From positions 372,001 through 436,000 of the forward strand of contig NIVC01000359.1 of the NCBI GenBank assembly GCA_002269645.1: a stretch of DNA of 64,000 nucleotides, given 5' to 3'. Shown one piece after another: positions 1 to 14,254 of the stretch (positions are counted from its first letter, which is position 1; each line of letters starts with the position of its first letter). Under the pieces are notes generated by a model that had not been told where the DNA came from, searched no databases, and worked only from the letters and a program-made list of their open reading frames with translations. The DNA comes from Macrostomum lignano. Lineage: Eukaryota. The position numbers were made by a program, and so were the translations under genes.

Positions 1-160
1 AGTGAGTGAAGGGGGAAGAATTGGAAACGAAAAATTTGCTTAGGAATTGAAAACATTCCTGCGAGAGCTTTCACTGAGAGTGGATGCCTTCGCAAATGGA
101 TTCGTCAGGGGCGCTTGGGGTGGCCGATCTAGCGATTTGATAGATAGCTCTGAGGCATGC

Positions 161-613
<453 letters not shown>

Positions 614-1370
614 GCCTCACCAGCAGGCAAAGCTGTGCAGTAGTTGACAATCAACTGCAGCCATTGGCATTAGTTTTGCTAGCTATTATATATTTGCACG
701 AACAGCTTACAGTAGCTCAACAAAATTTAATTATTTATAAAATTGGGTCACGTGATGCAGCAGCAGAGCAGATTACTGAGGGCTAAAATTGTAACCAAAT
801 CGGGGGTCAAAAATTGCAACACTTGGATTAGCAAAACGCTGAGAGACAGTTTATTCAGGTTTGTGGCTAGAAAAAATCCCTGAGGCAAAAATCATGGCTG
901 ACAATGAACCTTTGGATTCCAGCATGGATTGCACTGTTGCGCAACCATTGTTTGTCTGCATGGCTAGCAAAATCTGCTCAGCCCGTGTTTGTGGTCTCAA
1001 AGTCAGTTTGGGGAAGAAATTAAGCAACATTTCAATCAAAGGTTGTGTGGATTTACAGGACAGAAGAGTAAAGGAATTCAACTGTAAAACAGCTGCAATC
1101 AGGTGTGTGAAGGGAGCAACAGCTGACAGACAATGATTATAGCGATCGTACAAGAGAGTTCGGTCTTTGAGACGCAAAAGGCTGAGGACAAGGAAATGTA
1201 CAAATAAACATTAAAAACAGTTTGTTCAGTAAAGAAAAGTAGAAAACATTAGTGGTGGAAAGGAACACGGCACCTACACAAGTGTTATGCTAATTACTGG
1301 TATTATTAAATAGATCGCCAATGCGTGTCCAGCTACTTGCAGTAGCGATAACAGCTCCTGCAATCCGCCG

Positions 1371-3619
1371 CTAGGGCAGAACCGGCCTGCAGACTCTGCG
1401 CCCGTCGCCAAGGCAGTTGAAGGCGTCGGCGAATCCCGGGAGTCGCGCCAGCAGGCGGCCGACGCGGTCAGGCAGCGGCCCCGCCCGGCCCCACCGGTGC
1501 CCCGGCACCGCCTTCTGGCAGTACAGCTGGCTGACCGACACGAAGAATTCCCGCCTGGCTGCTGGAAATGCCGGTGATGTCGGAGATGTCATTCTCAGCG
1601 CCGCGGCGGCCGCGGTGAACTCGACGAAGTCTCGACGGACGGTTGCCGTCTCGGCGTCCAGACAGTCGGCAGCTGAGCGGTTCAGGGCGGCTGGCGGCGC
1701 CTGGGCGGCGGCCCGGCTGGCCAGCTCGTAGGCCAGCAGGAAGTCGAGCTGGCGCGGCCGCGGCAGCAGCGCCGGCAAGTAGAAGGCCAGCGGATACGGG
1801 AACCGGCGCCCCTGGTCGTCGAGGGCGTCACGGAAGAATCGCGGCGGCAAAGGCGGCGCCGGCGTCGGCAGCGGCGGAGCTGCGGAGGCGGCGTGAAAGG
1901 CGAGGCGGTGGGCGGACAGGCGGCGGTGACGCAGGGCATCCAGCAGGCCGGGCAGGAAGGCCGCATCGGCTGGCAGGCGGAGGTCGCCGTACAGGTTCAG
2001 CAGCCGCTCCTCGCCACCGAGGCCGCCGAAGTCAGTCGGCAGTCCCAGGACCGGAACTTCGGGACGGCCGGCCAGGCGAGGGTCGCCGCCGGTCTCAGCC
2101 AGCAGCGCCGCCCTGGCCGCCTCTGTCCGGTCGGCGGCAAGCCGCAGCGGCCCGGCCCCGGGGCTGAGGTGTCTGGCAGCGAAGGTCGCTAGCAGAGCGT
2201 CGGGGAACAGGCGGTGCAGACTGCGCAGGCACCGCTCCGGCCTGTCGCCATCAGCGAACCTGTCGGGATGCTCGCCAGCCGGCGCCACCTCCGTCGGCAG
2301 AGCGTCGAGCAGCTCGTGGAAGTGCGGCCTGAGCGCCACCAGCGAGTTGACGAACGCGTAGCCAACCAGCGTGTCCGGGTCCTGCCGGGACGCCAAGTCG
2401 AAGAGACGCCGCAGCCGGTCGGGCTGCCTGGCGCAGACCCGGCTGTACTTGCCCTCCGCCCAGGCTGGCAGGATGAGGCTGCGGAAGCTGGCCCAGCCGG
2501 TGGCGCCGTTCGGGAACAAGCCGGCAAGACCGGCGGCGTCCAGCAGGTGGTCCTCCGGGGCGGCCCGGCTCTCGCCGTCTAGCAGCTGATGCAGCGCCAC
2601 GTGGTAGGCGGCCATCTTCTCCACGATGAGGTAGGGGACCCCGCGCTTGGCCAAGCGGAAGGCCGCCTCGACCAGGCGGACCAGGCGGTCCCGGCCGACA
2701 CCCGCCAGGCCGCGGGGTGGCGCCGGCGTCAGGCAGAGCGGCAGCGAGTCAGCCGGAATCGCTGACCCCGGCACGGGCGATACCAGATCCACCCCGGCTG
2801 GCAAGTCGTGCACCAGGAACTGGGCGAGGACCCGCTCCGGGGAGTGCTCGAAGCCCCAGACCACCGACTCGGCGCCGAACACTGACATGGGGGTGAAGCG
2901 GGTCGGGTCGGAGAAGGCGGAGACCAGCTGGGTGGCGGTGAGGCCGGCCGAGGAGGCGCAGGCGCGCGTCAGGTTGGCCAGCGCCGCCTGCCAGGCCGGG
3001 CGCTGGCCCGGCGCCGGTGTCAGCAGCGTCTCCAGCAGCGAGTCCCTCAGGCGGAGCTGCAGCTGCCTGATGGCGCTGGTCTCCCGCTCGACGCCCCGCC
3101 CGGTCCAGCGCAGGCTGACGGCGGCGTTGAATCTGCCGCAGGCGGCGGCGTAGAGGCCCCCGTCGGGTCGCAGACGCCAGCCGCTGTCGACGTTGGGTCG
3201 GCGAAATCGGCCGCGTCGCCGCTCGCCGACGCCTGCCGCCAGCCGTCGGACGGTGCAGCCAGCAGCATCGACGAGGACGCGGCAGGGGAGAATCGCCGCC
3301 TGGCGCTGCCGCCGCGGCCGCAGTCGCCGGAGTTGGCGCCGAAGGCTGTCAGGGCGGTGCGGCCGTCCAAGAAGAAATAGAACAGGCAGAGTACGGCAAA
3401 CCCGGCGGCCAGGAGAGTCAACAGGCCGGCCAGCACGCAGGTGGTGGCGCGGCAGCGGCCGCCCTGAAGTCGCCGACCGCAGCAGCCGGTGGATTTGGTC
3501 GCGGCCTCAGCATCCGAAGCCGCAGATGACGAGGCGGCGGAGTTGGCAGCGGTGGCTCCAGACGAGGCGGCGGGGATCAGAGATTCGTCCTTGCCAGCTG
3601 TACCGTTGGACGTTGTCAT
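1371..3619 (-). CDS. M13 (neprilysin/ECE-like) family type II membrane protein, probably catalytically dead; frameshift at ~3157-3161
   Basis: Likely ATG at 3619 (MTTSNG; an upstream in-frame ATG lies at 3913). TM helix CVLAGLLTLLAAGFAVLCLFYFFL. CDPTG/GLYAAACGRF resembles the M13 PCxDFYxYACGxW motif. C-terminal FFVSVSQLYC and RVGRLLARLPGFADAFNC resemble FFLSFAQVWC...RVIGTLSNSPEFSEAFNC. The HExxH position reads YELAS. ORFs 3047..3913 and 1371..2888 join if one G is added to the G5 run. Confidence 0.72.
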
Positions 3620-3954
3620 GGTAACGGTGAAGCCAACGGACGCTTCCGAGCGTTTTCTGGCGTGTTTTTGAATCTTTTCTGCAAAAGAAAGTAGCGGGCG
3701 CCGAAAGCAGAAGACTTGCTTTGAAGTGGGAAGGGTAGCTATTGCTGCTTCTAGAGGAAGGCTTGGTTGAGTTTTTATGCAGGGGAATTCAGTGGCGGAA
3801 GGGCAGAGCTGATTGGACTGGGGAATCGCATGGGGTCGGCTGGATTGGCCGAGGTGGTCACGAGTATTAGGCCGGGGAGACCCAGAGCCGGGGTCTGGAG
3901 CGGCATGGGTCATGTTTCCTGGAAAATGTCTCTAAATTAAAGCTAAATAAACAG

Positions 3955-4335
3955 AACTCCTTGACTTCACCGAGGGTGCTAGCGGCAACTCCAGACTCTG
4001 ATAGTAGATCTCCTTGACTTCACCGAGGTCACTCCAGACTCTGATACTAGATCTCCTTGACTTCACCGAGGGTGCTAGCGGCAATTCCAGACTCTGATAC
4101 TAGATCTCCTTGACTTCACCGAGGGTGCTAGCGGCAACTCCAGACTCTGATACTAGATCTCCTTGACTTCACCGAGGGTGCTAGCGGCAACTCCAGACTC
4201 TGATACTAGATCTCCTTGACTTCACCGAGGGTGCTAGCGGCAACTCCAGACTCTGATAGTAGATCTCCTTGACTTCACCGAGGGTGCTAGCGGCAACTCC
4301 AGACTCTGATACTAGATCTCCTTGACTCCACTGAA
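3955..4335. repeat. 53-bp minisatellite, ~7 copies
   Basis: Unit AGATCTCCTTGACTTCACCGAGGGTGCTAGCGGCAACTCCAGACTCTGATACT; period 53 (3961 to 4014). Confidence 0.95.
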
Positions 4336-5357
4336 GGTGCTGGTTGGTTCGCAAACCAAGTGACAGCAGGGCAACAGACACATGCAAAGCAAAAGTGTTT
4401 GTGTTTCTGCCCGCGTCTGCTGTTGGCATTGAGATATAGGTAACGAGGCCAGCGCTAACGGGAAGTGCGCTTCTGCCCTGGGGCTCTGCTTTTTTGCTCC
4501 CCTCCTTTATCCCAGATTCCGGAGACCGGCGGCTTCAGAACGGGGGTTCGTTCAGAATTATTGACAGCAATGAATTAAAAGACAGGCAGGCATCCTGATA
4601 AAACAGCTTTACAAGAAGTTTTTTGTCATAGTTCACCCCGTCATCTTTTTTTAATAAATCTCCCCTGTTTGTTGATCCTCATGCTCAGGATCACAAAAAA
4701 ATGAAATTGCGACAGTAATCTGGGGATAAATAGAGAAGCAGGGGATATAGCACGAGGAAAATGGAGAAATGATATTGAAGCAAGCATAGCTTCCTTCTCA
4801 CTATAAATCCTAATGTTCCCAATTCCTTTTTTATCTTTATCCCAAAAGATCCCCCCTCCTACAGACAGACGGTTAGGACTCGGCAATGCCCCAATCCCAG
4901 AAAATACAAGAACGTGTCAGCGCATTTCTCGTCTTTATTTTGTTTGTATCCTCAAATGACCCCAGTCTCCTAGATGTCTGCTTCAGGCATTAAAGTTTCT
5001 CGGTCACCAGCAACACAGAGAACTGCTTATTTGCTTTCGCTTTGCTTTTATAGGCGGCTGTGTTCGACTCGACTCCCCACCCAACCCGCCTTGATTGCCG
5101 ATGCGTGATTTGCCGCTGTTCCGATTGTCTGTGCGATTGCGCAACTCCCGATTGCAGACAGACCGCGGCACAAACACTGCACGGAGATACAGAGAATTAC
5201 AAGCTGCATACATCTGCACAAAATAATAAAAAGATTTACGGCACTGTCAAATCTCCTTTATCTTCTGCGTTTCCTGAAGGATTTTCACTTCAACTACGAG
5301 TACCAGGAGAGGAAGTGTACGAATATTGTGCGGGCTTTGACCAAGGGTTGACAAGAT

Positions 5358-5835
5358 ACTCATTTTAGCGCCACAGGCACTCATTTTAGCGCCACAGGCA
5401 CTCATTTTAGCGCCACAGGCACTCATTTTAGCGCCGCAGGCACTCATTTTGGTGCCGCAGGAACTCATTTTAGCGCCACAGGCACTCCTTTTGGTGCCGC
5501 AGGCACTCCTTTTGGCGCCGCAGGCACTCATTTTGGCGCTGAAGGCACTCATTTTAGCGCCACAGGCACTCATTTTAGCGCCGCAGGCACTCATTTTAGC
5601 GCCACAGGCACTCCTTTTGGTGCCGCAGGCACTCCTTTTGGCGCCGCAGGCACTCATTTTGGCGCTGAAGGCACTCATTTTAGCGCCACAGGCACTCATT
5701 TTAGCGCCGCAGGCACTCATTTTAGCGCCACAGGCACTCATTTTAGCGCCGCAGGCACTCATTTTAGCGCCACAGGCACTCATTTTAGCGCCGCAGGCAC
5801 TCATTTTGGCGCTGAAGGCGCTATATTTTGGCGCC
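5358..5835. repeat. 21-bp minisatellite
   Basis: Unit CACTCATTTTAGCGCCACAGG; source of the MSACGAK and APQALIL ORFs. Confidence 0.95.
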
Positions 5836-6129
5836 CTGAAGCAAAATTATTGATTTCAACAACGGGTCACAAGGTGGGATGGGTGGACAAAGCATTGGCA
5901 TGCCCCTCATAGCTTTGGGGGGACATTGGGTTGCCGACACCCCTGGATCGTACTGTTGGTTGTCACGCTGGGCGACTCGAGTCTAGCTGGATGCTGGGAT
6001 GGGAGCAGCTGCGTCATCAAGTTGTCAAGGGAAAGAGATGATAGGCATCTCTGAATAGCGGAGTTGAAAATTTCACAAATTGCTTTTTTTCTGTCCAACT
6101 TATGCGACATAAGAGGCACTTCAGTCATC

Positions 6130-6610
6130 CCCCTCCCATCTCCTCTCCCTTCTCTCCCATCTCCCTTCTCTCCCGTCTCCCTTCTCTCCCGTCTCCCTTC
6201 TCTCCCATCTCCCTTCTCTCCCGTCTCCCTTCTCTCCCGTCTCCCTTCTCTCCCATCTCCCTTCTCTCCCGTCTCCCTTCTCTCCCGTCTCCCTTCTCTC
6301 CCATCTCCCTTCTCTCCCGTCTCCCTTCTCTCCCGTCTCCCTTCTCTCCCATCTCCCTTCTCTCCCGTCTCCCTTCTCTCCCGTCTCCCTTCTCTCCCAT
6401 CTCCCTTCTCTCCCATCTCCCTTCTCTCCCATCTCCCTTCTCTCCCGTCTCCCTTCTCTCCCGTCTCCCTTCTCTCCCATCTCCCTTCTCTCCCGTCTCC
6501 CTTCTCTCCCATCTCCCTTCTCTCCCGTCTCCCTTCTCTCCCGTCTCCCTTCTCTTCCGTCTCCCTTCTCTCCCATCTCCCTTCTCTCCCATCTCCCCTC
6601 TCTCCCTTTC
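6130..6610. repeat. 16-bp polypyrimidine minisatellite
   Basis: Unit TCTCCCTTCTCTCCC(G/A). Confidence 0.93.
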
Positions 6611-7269
6611 TCCCTCGTCCTTTGACCCTCACTCATTCCCTCCTCACTCTCTCCCGACCCCACTCTCACTCTCATGTCCGCTCTCTCTGCCCCATCCAGT
6701 GCTGCAGTAGGCTGCCTGCTTCCATGTCTGCTCTGGCAAACAGTTCTCTCCCTCAGCAGAGTGACACAATTTCATCGATTGCAGAGTGAGCTGTGACAGG
6801 CAGAAGCAGCAGCAGCAGCAGGAGGCCTCAGGTGAAAAAATAATATAAAATAATTGCCACTTGACTGACAGGGAGATCACTGCCCGGGCTGAGATGATTG
6901 AAACAAGTGCCAGGTGAATAGAGAAACGAGCTGAGCCCTTGGCGCAGGTGTGCTAAAAAAAATATGTGCATATTTTAGAAAAAAACTAACTGATAACTTC
7001 TGGTGCGATGAAAAAATTGTTGTCGAATCAAAACCTTCTTGACGTTTCGTCTGAGTGGCTCACAGTGGGATCTCGACGGGGGGTGGCAGAGAATGGGATT
7101 AATTATTCATCTAGACTGAGCAGGGTGGATCGCTTGAGCCTTTTAACAGACAGGTGCTGCCTGCTGTGCGACCCGGAGGAACAGCACACAGAGGATCTGG
7201 ATCTGAAGCTTAAAAACTTCTTCCTGAAAGTCTGTCGCAATCATAATCACTATTATGCGTCCTGAGATG

Positions 7270-7758
7270 ACGCCAAGACATTGAGGGTCTGGCGCCAAGA
7301 CATTGAGGGTCTGGCGCCAAGAAATTGAGAGTCTGGCGCCAAGACATTGAGAGTCTGGCGCCAAGACATTAAGGGTCTGGCGCCAAAGCATTAAGGGTCT
7401 GGCTTAAAGACATTAAGGGTCTGGCTTAAAGACATTGAGGGTCTGGCGCCAAGGCATTGAGAGTCTGGCGCCAAGACATTGAGGGTCTGGCTTAAAGACA
7501 TTGAGGGTCTGGCGCCACGACATTGAGGGTCTGGCGCCAAGGCATTGAGGGTCTGGCGCCACGACATTGAGGGTCTGGCGCCAAGGCATTGAGGATCTGG
7601 CGCCAAGACATTAAGGGTCTGGCGCCAAGACATTGAGGGTCTGGCGCCAAGGCATTGAGGGTCTGGCGCCACGACATTGAGGGTCTGGCGCCAAGGCATT
7701 GAGGGTCTGGCTTAAAGACATTGAGGGTCTGGCGCCAAGGCATTGAGGGTCTGGCGCC
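7270..7758. repeat. 22-bp minisatellite
   Basis: Unit CAAGACATTGAGGGTCTGGCGC; period 22. Confidence 0.95.
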
Positions 7759-8299
7759 CAAACGTTCGGAATCTGGCAGCCGCTACTCTCTCACCTACTA
7801 TCACAATTCCTTAGAACTGCACTCGCGTCCCCAGTTTTGGTCAGAACAAACTAATAACAACCCCCACCCATTCAGTACCGCATCGTGTCTTAGCGCGCAA
7901 AAATTTCTTATAGTAACCATGGCGCAATTTATCGCGTGCAAATTGAGTTCTCGCTTTACATGAGGGATTTCATACTCGTATTTTCCCAAATTAACAATCA
8001 AGGGATATCCGAAACAGCTGCTTACAGTTCAGCATTTTCCTTTTTAGGTAATGCAGCTCGTAATTGTGAACCATCTGTCACAAAAACTGGTACTATTCTT
8101 TGTTTGTTAACCATTATATTCCTAGAAATGAAATAGAAACATTTCGCACTCCATAAAACTGTTTTTTGAAACTTGGGAGAGAAAAAAGCGAGCGGCCAGC
8201 AACAGAAAGGCTGAGCAAAAGAGGGGCTTTGCAAGAATGAAAAAGAGAGTGGTGGGAGAAACACGTGGACTGGATGAGAATGACTGAGGGGGGAGTTAC

Positions 8300-8830
8300 A
8301 GAGGATAGTGACAGGGAGACAGACAGTGACAGGGAGACAGTGACAGGAAGACAGTGACAGGAAGACAGTGACAGGAAGACAGTGACAGGAAGACAGTGAC
8401 AGGAAGACAGTGACAGGGAGACAGAGAGTGAAAGAGAGGCAGACAGTGACAGGGAGACAGTGACAGGGAGACAGTGACAGGGAGACAGTGACAGGCAGAG
8501 AGTGAAAGAGAGGCAGACAGTGACAGGAGGCAGACAGTGACAGGAGGCAGACAGTGACAGGCAGAGAGTGAAAGAGAGGCAGACAGTGACAGGGAGGCAG
8601 ACAGTGACAGGAGGCAGACAGTGACAGGAGGCAGACAGTGACAGGCAGAGAGTGAAAGAGAGGCAGACAGTGACAGGGAGGCAGACAGTGACAGGAGGCA
8701 GACAGTGACAGGAGGCAGACAGTGACAGGAGGCAGACAGTGACAGGAGGCAGACAGTGACAGAGAGGCAAACAGTGACAGGGAGACAGACAGTGACAGGG
8801 AGGCAGACAGTGACAGGGAGACAGACAGGG
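8300..8830. repeat. GACAGT-based degenerate minisatellite
   Basis: Repeated GACAGTGACAGG(A/GA)GGCA variants. Confidence 0.9.
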
Positions 8831-9679
8831 AATAACTGGAACTGGGAGCAGACGCGCCAGCCGCATCCCGGAACCGCTGACTCATGATCTTAATTACGAA
8901 CACAAAAGCTTTGCTGCCCCTCTCACCTGGAGGCTACGCAGATGCCAGCCAAGACCCGCTAATGACTGAAGCAGGCAAAAGCAGCTAAATAAAGCGCGCG
9001 GAGACCACAACTGCTGGGCCCCTAAGGCGAGAAAAGGCAGGCACTGAAGGGCGAACGGGGCTCGCGTGCGACCGCCCCCCCCCCTCCTAGTTTCCGTCTC
9101 GAGATGAGATCTCAAAGGTCTCAACTGTGTCAGTGGCTCCGCCTTGCGCCTGGCAACTGGGACCTGAGAAACCTTACGACTAAAAGACGCCAAAATCTTG
9201 GCAACCGCATCGAGCGCCCCCCCCCCCAGACATTCTGAGCCGCTCTCGCCCACGCCGCCCAGTTATGCCGTGATCTATGGCATTGGCACTGGGAAAAGGG
9301 GAGTGAGCTAGGGAGATGAAGATGGATGAAACTGGGTAAGCAGAAAATCGCATCCTTCTCTCTTCTTTCTGTCTACCCCCCATACTCTGGCGGCTGCATT
9401 GAGCCAGCAATCTAATCTAAGCCTGCTTCGCTGGCCGCGCAGATGGAATCGGGGCTGAGCTGAGGTCTTCTCAACTGACTAGCGGACCGAATTGAGAAAT
9501 AACAAACGAGTGGCGACCTTGGGGGACTGGCGACTTTCACTCGGGTTTTGCCTGCGTCCCGGCTGTCTTACAAGCTTTAAACTTTGTGTGTCTGTCTTGC
9601 ACTGGAGGATTCTGGACTCAAGCCGCGACTGTTGGTTTCTCCGCTACATCATTATCTCTCTGGGTGAGTCATACGCTAC

Positions 9680-10740
9680 CTTACTCTCTTATCTCCCCTC
9701 TCTTATCTCTCCCCTCTTTTATCTCCCCTCTCTTATCTCCCCTCTCTTATCTCCCCTCTCTTATCTCCCCTCTCTTATCTCCCTCTCTCTTATCTCCCTC
9801 TCTCTTATCTCCCCTCTCTTATCTCCCTCTCTCTTATCTCCCCTCTCTTATCTCCCTCTCTCTTTTCTCCCCTCTCTTGTCTCCCTCTCTCTTATCTCCC
9901 TCTCTTTTATCTCCCTCTCTTTTATCTCCCTCTCTCTTATCTCCCTCTCTCTCTTATCTCCCTCTCTCTTATCTCCCTCTCTCTTATCTCCCTTTCTCTT
10001 ATCTCCCCTGTCTTATCTCCCTCTCTCTTATCTCCCTCTCTCTTATCTCCCCTCTCTCTTATCTCCCTCTCTTTTATCTCCCTCTCTTTTATCTCCCTCT
10101 CTCTTATCTCCCTCTCTCTTATCTCCCTTTCTCTTATCTCCCCTGTCTTATCTCCCTCTCTCTTATCTCCCTCTCTCTTATCTCCCCTGTCTTATCTCCC
10201 TCTCTCTTATCTCCCCTGTCTTATCTCCCTCTCTCTTATCTCCCCTCTCTCTTATCTCCCTCTCTCTTATCTCCCTCTCTCTTATCTCCCCTGTCTTATC
10301 TCCCTCTCTCTTATCTCCCTCTCTCTTATCTCCCTCTCTCTTATCTCCCTCTCTCTTATCTCCCTCTCTCTTATCTCCCTCTCTCTTATCTCCCCTCTCT
10401 TATCTCTCTCTCTCTCTTATCTCCCTCTCTCTTATCTCCCCTCTCTTATCTCTCTCTCTCTCTTATCCCCCTCCTCTTTTATCTCCCTTTCTCTTATCTC
10501 CCTCTCTTATCTCCCTCTCTCTTATCTGTCTCTCTCTCTCTTATCTATCTCTCTTTTATCTCCCCCTCTTTTATCTCTCTCTCATCTCCCCTCTCTTATT
10601 TCCCTCTTTCTTATCTCTACTCTCTCTTATCTTTCTCTCTCTCTCTCTCATCTCTCTCTTTCTCTCTCATCTCCCCTCTCTTTTCCCCCTCTCTTATCTC
10701 CCCTCTCTCTCTCTCCAATCTCTCTCCCAATTTCTCTCCC
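9680..10740. repeat. CT-rich TCTTATCTCCC minisatellite
   Basis: Tandem TCTCTTATCTCCC variants over ~1 kb. Confidence 0.93.
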
Positions 10741-11550
10741 AGTGATTTCAATGTTGTAGCTGATTGGGCAGGGACTGCAGCTGTCTCTCCCTCTCCATCT
10801 CTCTCAAACTCTTGCTCTCCCTTTCGCTCATCAGATGGCCAAAGCAATCGACCGTTTCTCTTCTTCATTCTCATTTTCCTTATCCGACTTTGCTCGCACG
10901 CAACCTGGTTGCCGAAACGTTTGTCTCGGCATTTCTATTTTATCAGCAGAATCAAGCTTCATCAAGGTGTAGGAATGAGCTCATTATCCGAGACATACAA
11001 AGACCACCAGCTAGGATTTTTTATAAAAACAAAGACCATGTTCGCTTGAACAATTAGAAAATCCCTTTAGGCGAGAAATTATAACAAAAAATCAAAAGGT
11101 TAAGACTGAAACATCTTGCAAGAAAAAACAAGGCAAGGAAATTCGATGAAGCCGGGGAGAGAAACAGGAACAAAGACCAGCCTCTGTAGGTGACATCGGG
11201 TACTTGAGTGTCACTTCTTTATGAAACTTAAGGAGAGAAAAACCGGCTGCATTAGCATGAAGAGGCTGAGATGGGTTCCTCATCAGTCCTGCCATCTCGC
11301 TTTGCAAGGTGACACGTGGCACTCCGACAGGCGGCTCAATGGGGCCGACTCATGAACTGCAGGGTTTGGTAGATTGATAGCTTATAGATTAAAGACGATT
11401 ATTTATTAAGATTGAGATTTTTATTTAATCCGCGGTAGGCATCAATTTTTACTCACTGATTTACGGCAATAAAAGATTGATGCTGGAGGCTGGCGGCGAG
11501 TGAGATTTTGGAAGGTGGAAGTAGCGATTGCAGAGCGGGGAGATACATGT

Positions 11551-11558
11551 CAGAGAGA

Positions 11559-11620
<62 letters not shown>

Positions 11621-12170
11621 GTAAGTGAGTGTGAGTGTGAAGTATGTCAGGAAAGAATCACTCAGAGAGGAAGAGTGACGGTCAAAAGTCACTCAGAGAG
11701 GGAGAGTGACGGGAAAGAGTCACTCAAATGGAGACGGAGAGTGACGGGAAAGAGTCACTCAGAGAGGAAGAGTGACGGTCAAAAGTCACTCAGAGAGGGA
11801 GAGTGACGGGAAAGAGTCACTCAAATGGAGACGGAGAGTGACGGGAAAGAGTCACTCAAATGGAGACGGAGAGTGACGGGAAAGAGTCACTCAAATGGAG
11901 ACGGATAGTGACGAGAAAGAGTCACTCAAATGGAGACGGAGAGTGACGGGAAAGACTCACTCAAATAGAGAGGGAGAGTGACGGGAAAGACTCACTCAAA
12001 TAGAGAGGGAGAGTGACGGGAAAGAGTCACTCAAATAGAGAGGGAGAGTGACGGGAAAGACTCACTCAAATGGAGAGGGAGAGTGACGGGAAATACTCAC
12101 TCAAATGGAGAGGGAGAGTGACGGAAAAGAGTCACTCAGAGAGGAAGAGTGACGGGAAAGAGTCACCCAG
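11551..12170. repeat. (GA)n microsatellite followed by a ~35-bp palindrome-containing minisatellite
   Basis: (GA)n at 11551-11617, then units GAGAGTGACGGGAAAGAGTCACTCAAATGGAGACG with the inverted repeat GAGTGAC/GTCACTC. Confidence 0.9.
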
Positions 12171-12611
12171 GGAGACGCAGCAGAGATGAAGAGGGCAGCA
12201 AAGTGCTCAAACAGGATCATGGGATTTAGCATCGAGCCAGAGGACACTCCCAGAACTCGCCAGTCTCCATTATTTGCGCTCAATTTCATATTTAGATATT
12301 TTCTTAAGGCATCGAATAACTGGGGCCCCGAGATGATTGCGTCACGATTCAGCCTCGTCCGTCATCTCGACGACCTACCCCCACCCAGCTGCTTAGCTCG
12401 AAGCTGGTTGGAACTCGGGGGTGGGGACAAAAATTGTCTGTCAAAATCTCCCGCCCTGGCAAACACAGCTGCGGCCCGGTTTCTGGGACGGAAACGGCTC
12501 TGACGTGTGGGGCCGGATGCTCAACTAACCGCTGGGCTTGTGACTGCCTGCGATTATCTGCCTGTGTCAGCTGCCGAAACTGAAGAGTGTTGAGGTTGCT
12601 TAAGTAATTGG

Positions 12612-12856
<245 letters not shown>

Positions 12857-13507
12857 AGCGTGTCAGCCTGTCAAACCTGATGTTATCTAAGCCTTTCCCC
12901 ACAATTGCACTCGTTGCCACTCATTCGCATTATTAAGGCAGGAGAGTGACAGCAGCAGCCCCACAGGATCCTCGGATGCCAAACTTCGCTGTGAGAGCAA
13001 AAATAAGCGGCGCTGCTTCAACGGAGAGGGCGAGAGCGCAGTCGAGGGCCCGGCCAGTCAGGGCCAATGTCGATAATGCACAGCAGCAATATTTGAGCTG
13101 CCAAAACTGACTGAGACAGGCGGGGGGGGGGGTCGCCCCACTTACTCGAGTTCCTTCTTCTTCTAAAATGGCTCCTCCTAATATAAGCTCCCTCCAGCCA
13201 CTGCCACTACACCTCTGCTCCCATACTTGACGGGTGTCAGCTCAGAGGCCCGCTGCTGCCTATTCTGCGGCTATTTGGGCTAAAATGGGGAATATTATTT
13301 TCGAGTGCGGCCGCGTGCTGGGCGGAACCCCCCCCCCCCCAACCGGGGTTCCAGTCGTCGGTAGGCGTGGCTCTTTCCAATTCTCGCCTAGTCAAGGAGA
13401 TCGTCAACCAGAGTCTGGGGAGAGCCAATTCCCCCCGGACCCTAAAGATGCCAGTTTGACAGAGCCTTCGGCGGCATTGTGGTCCCGCAGCCAGCGCTAA
13501 AGCACTA

Positions 13508-13783
<276 letters not shown>

Positions 13784-14254
13784 TTTCTGGCCCAGCAACT
13801 TTTTTGCGTCTTGAAATCACGGAGTTCGTGGAAGAGCCGATGGCACTCCGAACTCTGGCTGGCGGTCTCCTTGCACTGGGGGGTGGAAGGCCCCAGCCAG
13901 AAAATATTTCCCCTTCTCGAGTGCTTTCGGGGCTGGGAAGTGAATAAAGCGGGACTGTGGGCGGAGAGAGGCCTGAGTGCGCCGCTAAATAGGAAGTGAG
14001 TCGATCTGAGATGCCTCAGGGGCGGCCTGTATTCGAGAAGGAGTGGCCCAAACTATTATGGCACACCTCAACCCTTCTAAACACCTTTATGACGTCAACA
14101 AACAGTGACACGGTTCCGGCTCCTTCCCTCCGCACCACTCAACACTCAACTCCTCTTTTGCTTCACGATTTGGCAGCCCCCACTCAGCTGCGTTTGACAG
14201 AAAATGAATGAAATCTCCAGGGCGAAAACTGCTTTCCCTCTGAAAGCTGGGGGA

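Noticed and set aside
851-1177. ORFs of 108 aa (-) and 91 aa (+) downstream of the M13-like gene
   Set aside because: No recognisable domain; probably 3' UTR or intergenic
1417-3624. Multiple plus-strand ORFs overlapping the M13-like gene
   Set aside because: Antisense shadows of very GC-rich coding sequence
3955-4335. 53-bp repeats as CRISPR or iterons
   Set aside because: Head-to-tail identical units without spacers
11645-12170. CRISPR-like array (palindromic ~35-bp direct repeats)
   Set aside because: Repeats are contiguous with no unique spacers, there are no cas genes, and the context is eukaryotic
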